This document shows, piece by piece, positions 7,146 through 19,100 of a stretch of DNA of 32,000 nt. The notes under the pieces are model-generated. The model ran no database searches. It worked only from the letters and a program-made list of their open reading frames with translations, and had not been told where the DNA came from. The translations under genes were made by a program, and so were the position numbers. Source of the DNA: Candidatus Saccharimonadota bacterium (GTDB taxonomy: Bacteria; Patescibacteriota; Gracilibacteria; UBA1369; 2-02-FULL-48-14). Every line of letters begins with the position of its first letter. Position 1 is the first letter of the stretch. The stretch is taken from the NCBI GenBank assembly GCA_965230905.1, contig OZ246396.1, forward strand, positions 180,001 to 212,000, given 5' to 3'.

Positions 7146-7153
7146 GCTAGAAT
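7145..7153 (+). promoter_or_regulatory. Extended -10 element (TGcTAGAAT) 7 nt upstream of the giant-gene ATG
   Basis: TGCTAGAAT at 7145-7153 with no good -35. The A of the ATG at 7160 sits where a transcription start would be expected, which suggests a leaderless or near-leaderless mRNA. Confidence 0.3.
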
Positions 7154-7159
7154 TCCTGC

Positions 7160-10100
7160 ATGCGTCCACACCACTCTACGCATCGAATAAAACGACTTGT
7201 AATTAAGGGCTTTCTGCTCACGTTTTTGTCGTCACTGCTGCCCATGGGGCAAGTGGCTTCGGCGCTAAGCATCATTGACCAGGCTAGGCCTTCGGTCATT
7301 CAACCGGGCGGAAGTTTGCCGGAAATACGCAGTGTGGGCAGTGTGGAAACCCGTTACGGGCTGGTGGCGATTTTGGTGGACGACGAACTTCTGGGATCCA
7401 GCACCAGTGGAGGCGGATTCTTTTCGTTTTTGGGAACCGCTGGCTTGAAGGAAAAAATTCAGACCTATGCCCAGGATGTGCAGGCCACCCTGCCCTGGAC
7501 CAAAACGGTGATTGTGGAAGTGGCCGATACGGATACGCCGGTGGAGATTCAGCGCATGCTCGAGCGTTTTTACTTTGAAGGCAACCCAGAAGACTCCGAC
7601 CCGACCAAACTGAGTGGAGTGGTGATTGTGGGCGACGTGCCCCTGCCCGTGGTGAATAAATTGGGCAACCGCTTTATTTCTCTGCTGCCTTATACTGATT
7701 TTGAAGAGCCGGCGTATTTGCTCGATTCCGAAACGCAGGATTTTCTTCCCAACGCGGCGGCGCAAAATTTACAAAACGAAATTTGGCATGGAGTCATTGT
7801 GCCGCCACTCGATGGACAAGAGGGAATCGACTTGCTCGCGACTTATTTCGATAAAAATCATGCCTTCCATACCGGCGACGAGGATGCCACAAGCTTTAAT
7901 CAAAAAGTTTTCATTGGGGATTTGATAACCGAAGCTTCTGCGCTCAACCCCACGGCCTTTGCCAGCTATGAACGCTTCACCAATCTGTGGGAGGAGATTG
8001 CGTACTACCGCTACACCAACGATTTGGTGGAAGACTTGTACACGCAGATGCAGACCTCGGTGGAAGAAGGAGACTTTTTGGACAACGATAGCGATGGATT
8101 TTATGACGAGGAAGCGTCCAATGGAATCGATGACGACAACGACGGCTTAGTGGATGAAGATTTGGGAGATGGATTTTTTGGAATCGACAACGACGGCGAC
8201 GGCGTGGTGGATGAAGACAGTTTTGAAGACAACAACAACGATGAAGGTTGGATTTACTCCGGCTATGAAGGCAGCGAAGCCGAGTCGATATTTTCGGATC
8301 ACATGCTCGATGAAGATCCTCCCGGAGACACCACCGGAGGCGAAGACCAGGATGGAGATGGGTATTTGGATGGAGACGGTTGTCCCGGGCTCTGTGGACA
8401 GGACGACAACGGCGATGGCGTAGATTCCGACTTGGACGGATATCCCACCGGAATTGAAGTGCTGTACCATTGGGATTGGGCTGACGAACGGATACCTTGG
8501 GGCAACGTGAAGGATTGGACCAATGCGGAATTTGCTCAAAGTTTTTCTAGCGACGAAGCGGCAACGGCGTATTTGTCTGAAATGTTTGTGGATCAATTTT
8601 TCGGAGACGCCTATAAGAGCCCCACGTGTTATTTTGACGGAGTGTACCACCCTGAGTACGACGACGATGAAGATGGTTTTTGTGATGAAGACGGAAAAGA
8701 AGAGATGCAAATTTGGGCCAATGAAAATGGAACCCGCGCCAGCGGGACCTGCGCCTACAACGACGGGGATTGTGATGGGGTGATTGATGAAGATCCCATT
8801 GGACTTAAGAGCGAGGGAATGTTTGATAATTTGCCGGACATTCAAGCTAAACGTGTGGTGGAGAGCCTGACCAGTCGCTACGCCAGTATGTTTGATGAGC
8901 CACAGGGGGTGTGGAACCGAATCGTGGGGCAAACGGGCCGCTATGAAACCCGCAGCAGTGATGGAGAAACCGTGAGCAATGACTACGACAGCACCGTTTC
9001 TTTGATCGCCAAAAAAGATGAATTGGTTTTGCAGTACCTCACCGAATTGAATGCCAGCATGGAAGCAAAAGTGGACGCCATTGTGGAAGACCACCTGGCG
9101 CAGGACATTCCTTTGATTGCGGGGGTACAAATTACCGGAAAAATCACCACGGAAAATGAGGATGGCGACGAAGAAGGCACCGACGAGATTTGTGATGACG
9201 AGGGTGAGGTGGATTTGGGAAGCGACAAGTGTCTGCAGTTTGTAAATCAGTCGGGTTTTGACCCGCTTGCCTTTGGTATTCTTGATGAGGAAAGCAGTTT
9301 TCTAGATATTTTTAAATTGGGCGCAGAGCACTTTTATATTGCCGGCGAACATTTGTGGGACGTCACTTCACCTGCTCAATGCACCACCTTTGCCGGAACG
9401 GATGAAGTGGGCGGACAGTTGGCGCAATTCAATAGTTTGTATAGCAGAGAATTTAGCGTGGCGCACAACAATATGAGCATCGAGGAATTGCAAGACTACC
9501 GCAATTGTGTGCCGGAATTTGCCTCCTACTTAAAAGACATTCCACAAGTGTGCAACGTGGCCACCACGGTGAAATCCGTCCGCACTTTGGATGGCGCGAA
9601 GGCGCCGGATGAAGACACCGATACGAGTAAATGGGACGTGGGGGCTGAAGCGTGTTTTGAATTCAGAGAATTGGAGACCTTCAACGATTACACCCAGTCC
9701 CAAGCGGAATTCAACAACTGGCTTTCGTTGAGGATTCGGGTCTTTAGAGAGAGCGGGGCTACCGACACCGGGGAAACTTATCAGGAATTTTTAGGCCTGG
9801 TGGAGGAACAAATGGACACCTACACGCCCCGCCCCGACGAGGCCACGCTCCGAAAACAATTCCGCGAACTCGACTTGCTCCGTGCCGATGACGAACGCAG
9901 CTACACCATGATCGATTTGCTCGAAGAATTGGGCTACAAAAATGTGAGCGACGACGATGTGGATACCTTCATCGCCATGCTGGACGATGAATCGGACTTT
10001 GTGACGGTAGATCTGGATGTGGACGATCTGCGGGATCTTGTGGACGAACTGGATGAAATTGTGCAGCTGCAAGACAACGACCGACTTATTATTAATCATC

Positions 10101-13100
10101 CCAAACAAGGAAGCGGGATGGACGACGTACAAAGCTTGGAACTCATTTTCAATCGTTTGTATTTGATTGGAGGTGACGTGGTGGGCGAAGCGGGAGTTTA
10201 CGGACTCAGCGACACGCGTCTGGCTATGAACACGATTACGTCCGTGCACAAACACGTGGAGCCCACTTCAGAAACCTTGAATGCTCAGGTGACCAACGCC
10301 GGTTCCCCCAATATGCCCATCGACGCGACGCGGCGCATTTCTTTTATCGACAATGGGGACGACGCGCGGGAACTCGTGTACGTGAACGTGTTTGAAGCGG
10401 AAACTGTGGAGGATGTGCAGGATCAAATCACCGCGCTCGCGGATGAAATGGCCATAGTGGCGGGTGGTGGCAGTTTTGTGAACGATGTTAAGAATTTTTA
10501 CGACAACAAGAAAGACGGAATCAATGAGTATCAACTCAAGGACGCCTTGGCGTGGCGATACATGAGCATCGACGAAAAACACCGCTACGTGCTCAGCCAT
10601 TATTTGGGCGAGCAAGAGGCTATTGTGAGCAAGGCGCGCAAGGGATATGAAATGGTTTCTATTATTGCGGATGGAAGTGCCACCGAGATTTCGTATTCCA
10701 TGAACGGCGGCAAGCCCGGCACCGAAGAAGATCCCGAATACAATTACCGTGATGACGCCGGCATTGCAGCGGCTTTGGCGGCATCCCAAGACACGGCCGA
10801 GGAACTTGAGCCCATCAGCCCCGTGAGCAACACCACCCCGGTGCTGCTGAGCGAATGGATTGAGGCCATGGACGATTGGATGGCTGAAGTGGAGGATTCT
10901 TTATCCAGCGGCGGAACCGCGAACTATTGTGGCGAAGATTATATTTACCCAAGTGACATCAATACGGACAGCGACGCAAGCGGCATACCCGATGGCGCGG
11001 ACGCCACCACTTCCCTGCTGCTCTCCAGCGACGACATCAATGTTTTGCTGGCGGAAGGCGAGGGCAATGACAGCTACGTGGTTTCCGTGGGAGCCAAACA
11101 AGCCGACGGCACCATCAACACGCTGGACAACTACACTCAAGTGAAGCTGCAAATACTCAGTGGCGACACGGTGGTGGAGGTTCAGGGCACCGACACGCTG
11201 ACCCTCACCGGCGGAGTGGCCGTGTTTGAGCTGAAAGGTGAATTGCCCGGAAGCTTCGCGCTGCGAGCCGAGGCGGCCAACCGGGATGATGTGAGCAGCA
11301 GCAACTCCTTGAACGGAACCGTGGTGAGCAAGTATGTGAATATTATGACGCTGATAAAAGAGATGACGGGAACCGACGGCGAAAGCACCGTGGTGCAGGG
11401 CAATCGTATTGAAGTCACGGACGCCGAGGGTGAAGTGCGAGCGGTTTTGGATCCGGAAACGGGAGGAATTGAGCTCAGGGGTGCGGAGGCCGAGCTGCGC
11501 GAGGCCGAAAGCTCTGCGCCTACGCGCATCGCGATTTTGGGAGAGGATGGAACGGTGTATGGAAGTTTTTTCCTCATTCCTTCCACGGAACGGGTTGCGA
11601 TTGGAAACGGTCCGTCTGGGGTCTTTGTGCAAGTGGTTGGCGGCGCGGCCAGCGCGGCGATGGATGAAAATGGCGTGGCCCTGGAAGTCACTTTGGAAGA
11701 CACTGCCGTGCAAATGGGACTGGTGACCGGACTGGGACAAATCGCCGTTGCGGACGGCTACTCTTTGGAATTCGACAACCCGAGTGAAATCAATTTGTAC
11801 GACCCCGTTCATGTTTTGAGCGGCGACGGAGAAACTTTATTCACCGTGACCATCAATCATTCTTTCACCGAGGGAAACATTGAGGAAGCAATCGTGGAGG
11901 GTGTGCCCGAAGATTTCTCTAGCTTGGGCAGTTTTGATCATGAGCCCGGTGTTTATGCGGCTTCTAAAACGGCGGCCTATGAACGCATCGCGGTGAGCAG
12001 CGGGGACAGCGTGGCCAGCACCAATATTTTCACCAACGACATCCCCGCCGATGGAAAATCTGAGATTTACGTGCGTGCGGAGATCCGTGACCAAGCCGAC
12101 AAAGTCTACGGCGACGACAACACCAGCGTGATTGAATTCGTGCTATCTACCGAGGATCATGGAGAAATCGAGACTAAGCGTGTGCAAGTGAGCGGCGGTG
12201 TGGCCGAAGCCAAATTCGTCACCACCAAAGTGGCTGGAGACGTGACTGTGGAGGGCCGCATAACGGATGGATCGCTTCCCTCCCTAGACGCGCAAATTCA
12301 TGTGTACCCCGGCGAGCCCGTGCGCCTCGAGCTGCAAGGCGAATCGAGGGTGCTGCCGGCCGGTGCGGAAGCCGCCACGGATATGACAGTCTACTTGTAC
12401 GACCAATTTGGAAACCTGGCTTCCAACGGATTCTACCCAGTCACCTTCACCACGGAAGGCGGCGTGACTTTGCTCGATTTGAATGACGAGGATTCCACCG
12501 CAGACGGCGTGCAAGTGACCACGGCGGACGGCAGCATAGCATTCCGCGTACTGGCGAGCCCTGAGGTGGAATCGGCCAGCGTGCAAGTGTCCCTTCCTCA
12601 AATTCCCGACGGTGGAGACAGTTTCAATATTGAGCACAAAGAAAGTTTGGCGCTCAAAGTGAGCACCACCAAACCTTACCTCTTTGCCGGCGGAAGCAAC
12701 GGACAAACCCTCACGGTGAGCGTGGTGGATGAGTTGGGAATTCCTGTGAGTGGATTCAATGGCGATGTGCTGATGAGCGTGAGCGACCCCGGCTACGGAA
12801 GTTTTGAAAGCGATACCTTGACCCTGGACAACGGCAAGGCTTCCACCACCCTGCTGCCGGGAACCTTGGCGGGCAGCGGATCCATTATTGCGGAAAGCGC
12901 CGGCATACAAGGCGGCAGCTCGACCGTGGTGCTAAAACCCGCCGACATTTATGAACTGCGCATACGAAAAGAAGACGGTACCTTCAATATGGCAGCCGGA
13001 GAAAAGGAGAAATTTTATATCGAAGGTTTTGACGTGTATGGAAACTTGGTGGACACCGACAGCAGCACCAGCGGAACCCTGCGCCTCACGGACGCGACGG

Positions 13101-16100
13101 CGGAGTATGGAACTTTGTCGTCTGAAACTTTTGCTTTGAATCAAGGGGTGGCGACCGTGAGAGTGACCACGGGTGAGGTGAGCGGAAAAATCAGCTTAGT
13201 GGCCAGCGCGACCGGCCTTTTGGCCGGGGTTTGGGGCGGCGACGTGAGCTACCGCATCAGCGGAGAAGAGTTTGCGGACATGGATTTGCAAATGCTTTAT
13301 GGGTCTGTGCTCGGGGCGCCGTTCGGAGACGTGACGCAAGAAAACTACGTGGCCGGGTGGATGACCTTCAATGGAAAAACCCAGGCCGTGACCAGTTTGA
13401 TTTCTGAGCCCATACCCAAGAAACGCATCGCAAGCGTGGACGCCAACGGAGCCGTGAGTCTGCCCGAAGACGGAATGGTGAGCCAAGTGGTGAATGGGGC
13501 TGGAAGCGAACTGCCCACGCACATTCAGTGGCGCTCCTTCCCCGACGACATTTTGATTGGGGAACTCTTTTACGTGCTGTCCGAGGACATGGAAATTAGT
13601 GCGGAACTCATCACTTCTAAAGACACCTTCACGCTGGAGGCAAGCGACGGAACTTGGGTGCTGCGTGAGGACAACGCGGCCGTGGTGAAAGTGCGCACGG
13701 ATGGCCAAGTGGTGCTGGTGGATCCCACGTATTCTTTGGTGGTGAACGGGGCCGCGCAGGGTCTGGGCTTTGGAGTTTTGAAGAACACGGAACAAATCAT
13801 GAGCATTGATTTCAGCGGCGAATTTGGCACCGATGTGAGCGCCGTGGACACCAATTTTGACTTGGAAGACTGGGCCAGCCAAACAGCCGGCGTCTATCTT
13901 AAACCCACCGGCGCGAGTGTGAACCGCATAGTGCGCATACCCACGGGAAACAGTTCCCAAAATCCTATGGGTCTGGCCATTATCGATCCTGAAACCGACT
14001 TGGCTAAAGAAATGCAGCCTTCGCTGGGCTACCAAAGTTTGGAGGCCGCGGAAGACAATGGAAACATTGGATGGGAAGATGAGAACAAACATCTGCTGCT
14101 CTTTGCAGCGGGAAACACCGTGGGGCAATCCAACCTCTACTACCCTTCTGAAGTGGGCGTGGTGCTGGGAGATCCAACCATTAAACTGCCCACCTTGGGA
14201 GAGCTGGGGACCTTGGGTTACACGAGTGATGTGGGGACGCTGGTTTCTACATCCAACGAAGAAGTGCTGACGCTGATGGACCTGGATTACAACGGCGATG
14301 ACTTGCCCGATGTGCTCACCGCTTATAAAGACGGCCGCATTGAAGTGCTGCAAAACGCCAAGGCCGCGACGCGTCTGCACAACCGCGGTGAACTGCTTTA
14401 CATTGAAAACGGCATCTCCTCCATCGACAAAGGCGATTTCAATAACGACGGCCTGGAAGACCTGCTGATTGTGACGGAAGAAGCCTGTTACGAAGGCGAA
14501 ATGTGCTTGTACTTATACGAAAATATTGGCGGAGGATTTGTGGCCAAGAACTTGGCGCTCACCGGCATTTCCGGCACGCCCACCCAAGTGGAAGTCGGCG
14601 ATTTGAACGACGATGACTACGACGACTTGGTGATTGTGGATGAGAACATGGTGATGTACACCGTGTGGAATTCGGAAGGCGTTTTGGAAACCGTGGACGA
14701 GGTGAAAGATTTTGGGCTGAACGCGGATCCCGAAGAAGAGCTGGGCGCCGATGTGGCCGTGCGCACGGATGACTTGGCAAAAGGTTCCGTTTCTTTGGGG
14801 ATTTTAACGGATGATTTCAGTGAAGAAAATGGAGCGGAGGACTTTTTGGCGGCGCTGGGCGTGGACGACGATTACACCGCGGCTTCTACCGAAGGCTTGC
14901 AGCGAAAAGAAAATCAGGCCTTTGAATACGCCGACAGCCGGGCGATGGAAGACTTGGTGGCGGTGAGCAAAACCGTGGCGGACCCCAGTAGCGGCAGTGT
15001 GGAAGTGGGCGATGTGCTCACCTACACCGTGACCGTGGAAAATATTTCCGGCGCGGCGTACTCTGCGCTTTACCTTTCCGACAGCGTGGGCAATTATTTC
15101 CAATTCGATGAAGACAGCTTTGCTTGCAGCGATTGTTCCCCTGCCAATACAGGCGTGACGATTCAAGAAGGCGACAACAACCGACCCTTTATTTATGGAC
15201 CGCTCAGCCTCAGCAACGGGGAAAGCCTGACCTTCACCTACGACGTTTCCGTGGAATCCTTGCCCAAACTTTCTGTGATGCTTTCGCAGGATTTGTACAC
15301 GGATTACAAAGACGACAACTATATGGACATTGGGGTTTCGCCCGAGGGCAACACCAGCGGGGAATTGATCGTTTTCTATTCAGATGGATACGTGACCCAT
15401 GTGCTTGAGGAAGGTTTCTTGGGTCTGGGTGGAAACAGCTTCAAGCAGGTGAACTACCAAGAAAAGGCCTATTCCCCCGCCACCTACGCCGAAGAGGACA
15501 ACACCATACCAAACCCCTTTGGAGACGAAGACGGCGACGGCGTGCCGGATTTCTTGGCCAAGATGGATCAGGAAAAAGGAATTCCCGTGGCCAAGAATGG
15601 AGACTTCGATGCCGTGGGAGAAGTGCTGGGAGCCGTGGACGAAGATGAGGATGGTTACTACTCCACCGATGAAATGTTCGACAACACCGAGGACGCGGAC
15701 GGCGACGGCATCAACGACATTATAGATATTTGGGTGAGCGGAAATGATTTGCTGCTGGATCCCACTTTGAATTTGGAAGCAGCGGACGACGACGTGGAAC
15801 TGAGCGATGAAGAACTGGAAATCGACCTGGAAGCCGACATTGCTTTGCTGGATAAGGAAGTGGAAGGCCTGACCGATAAAATTGAAGAAATCGTGTCCAT
15901 GTTCACCTGCAACGGAGGGTGTATTGCCTTCCCGGGAAGCGTGGCCTTTTTAGCGCCGGGAAATTACCACGAGCCACTTACCGGGACGACCCTGTTTTTG
16001 GATCCCGGGACGCCGATCTTTGGAATTATCAATGTGTTGCCAGTGGCTTGTACGGCACAGATGTGTTACGCCCCGGGCGCCCTGCGCCTGTACTTAGCGC

Positions 16101-19100
16101 CCACCACCACGCTGGGGCTGGGGCTGGGAATTTGTCTGGGGCCCTACCCCGTGGGCCAGTGTTTCGCCTTCAGCATTCCTTTGCTGCAATTGCTGAGCCT
16201 TTGTGATGTGATCAATGGATACATTTCTGACGGGCTTTCGTCCGCCAGCGCCTTTGTGACGGGCGAGGCTGACACCGCTTACAATGTGGTTGAAAACCTT
16301 TCCAGCGACAATGGAAGCACGGGACTCGAAAGTACGGTGTTTGCCTCATACGAACCGCCTGTTTCGGCGAACTTGAATGTCCAAGTGCCCGGCTTCCCCA
16401 GCATCTTCACGGAGTGGTGGAAGGCACAAAAAGAGGAATTCTTTAAAGTGCTGGACCTGCCCGATATCACGTTCATTTATCCCGACCCCAAGAGTCTGAC
16501 CACGGAATTCACCGGCATCAGCGAGCGCATTGATAAGAGCCGTGAAGAAGACGCGGTGGACGCCGACGGAACCAGGAAAATCGACGAACTCACCAGCGGC
16601 ATTTTGGGGCTTGAGAAATGGCTGAACACGGCCCACGCCCTGCCGCTGATTGATATTGAGCCGGAACCCGTGACCATCCGTTACCCCATGCTCACGCCTG
16701 AGGAAATTGAAATCTTTAAGCGAGATATGCAGGCCTGGGTGGACGACGCTAAGTTGGAGTTGGAAGCGCTCCGAGAGCAAATTGAAATCATGGAGGATTT
16801 AACGGAAATACAAAAAGCTGCCATCGAAGAATTGGAGACCACCGTGACCGAAGCCATCACCGCCATTGAAACCAATTTGGCGATATTGGAAAGTTATACG
16901 GAAATTCCTGAAAAAATTCTGCTCATACGGGACATTGAAGCCTACTACGCCAAGACCATCATTTGTTATGTGGACGCCATTTTAAGCAACACGGCGGGCT
17001 ACCTGACCGAGAACGTGGAACGAATAGAAGCCTGGGGACAGTGGGTTGTGGCTCTGCAGGAAATTGTGGACGGCTGGCAGGTTCTCATAGACCTTTCGGC
17101 GGATCTTATGGATTCCTGTGACAAATGCACCAACCAACGTTACAGCGGCTTGCAATTGCTCTTCAGCTTGTTCGTGTTCATCCCTGATTTTCCTGTGGTG
17201 GAACTGCCCAAGCTACCGGACATTGTGATCGACGTTTCCAATATTCAGGCTGGAATGGACATCGTGTGGCCGGATATAAAGTTTGTGCCGGAGCGTATCA
17301 ATATTCCGGAGTTGCCGCGTCTGGTTATTCCCGACTTGGATATTAAACTGGATGCGGACTTTGATTTAGAACTGGAAATTCCCCTGCTGCCCACTTTTGA
17401 TTTTAACTTTGAACCGCCGGCCCTGCCGCCCCTCACCCTGCCCAATTTACCGAGCCTACCGCCTCCCCCTGCCTTGCCCGAGTTGGATCCAAGCCTGCAG
17501 GCGGCCCTGAACATTGCCAGCAATATTTTGAAGATCGTGTGCATCATCCGCCAAGGGTTCATTCCCACGCCCGAGCTCACCCTCAAGTCGAAAATTGAGG
17601 AAATCACGGAACGTCCGGGGGGAATTGTGCTGCCCTCTGACCTTTCCCAAACGGTGGAATGGCCTGAGTTTAATTTCGACTACTGGAAAGAAATCCGCGT
17701 GAACACCACGCTGAATCTTAATTTGGATTTCTCGGCGCTTTATAACGAAATTTCCGACCTGGGAGAAAAGAGCAACGCAGAGATTACGAAGTTTGTACAA
17801 GAAGCGATCAACGACAATTTGAATGATTTGCAGGATGAAATTAAGTCGATCTTTGACTTGATTGGAGATCAGGAATTGGAAGTGGGCGTAGACGTGGACA
17901 TAGAGGGATCTGCGGACTTCAGCGGAGACGACGCGGGGTTGGATGGAGACGCGGACGCGGAGGGAGAGGCAGAGGGTGATTTCAATACGGAACTGGAGTC
18001 TTATGAAGAAGCCATGAACACCGCTCTGTCTTACAGCGACAACCCCTTGGTGCTGCAAAACCTCGGGGCTTTGAAGCAAGTGATGGGCGGCCTGCAAACT
18101 AAAGTGGATGCGTGGAGCGCTGAGCTGCCTGACGAAGTGCTGCTGAAAGGCGAAGAGGAAATGCTGGCTTTGGACGATCCACGGCTGCACCGCTACAACG
18201 AGATTGTTCAGAACCCTTCTTTCGATAAAGATTTCTTGGCGAGCATTGAAGGCACGCCCCTCGCCTCTTTGGTCACTTTGCGAGATTCCATGATTGCCTA
18301 CACGGAGGAGCTGGATCAAGGCACCATCGCCCTGCGTGGAATGGATGGGGAGTCTTTCCAACGTTACTTGGCTTCCGAAAATATGAGCTCTCCATTCATG
18401 TTGGCGAGTGAAGAAGGCGGCTTCATGGACGCAGCCGCGAACTGGAATCCAGAAAAGTGGGCAACCCCAGCCGAAGATGACGAAGCGGTGGAATTGGCGT
18501 CTGAGTCCACGGATGGACTCGAGCTCGGCACCCAAGCCAGAACCTACGACGAAGGATTGTTCCTCTACAACGCAGAACTGGGCGTGAACGAACGGCTCTC
18601 CGACTACACGCAAGAAGCCAAGGAAGCCAGCAGCATTTTGATGATTGATTTGGACGGCGACGGCGATGAAGACGTGGTTTATTCCATGGGAGGCGACATC
18701 TACTTAAAAGAGAATCACACCGAAGCGCCCACGCTCAGCTACGTGAGCAGTGACCCCGAAGAAAGCACGGTGCCCGACATGGACCCCGGTTACGGCAGCG
18801 TGCAAAATCTGAAACGTGGAAAGAACGATTATGAAGAAGCGAGCTTCTCCTTCTCCCCTTCCGATTCCATTGGATACGACGTGCGTTTCTACGATTCTTT
18901 GGACGCGCAGGAATCTGAACCGGATGAAAATATCAAACGTTTGCTGCTCTTGGTGGACAGTGAAAATGAGAGCAGCACCTTCGCCGATTCAACTGGCAAG
19001 TCCGCCGGGCAATTGCGCAGCAGCCGTCTGTGGGCGGATAACGTGAGCGGAAGCGTGACGGTGAAGAACGGATACAAACGCACGATTATAAACGCGAATG

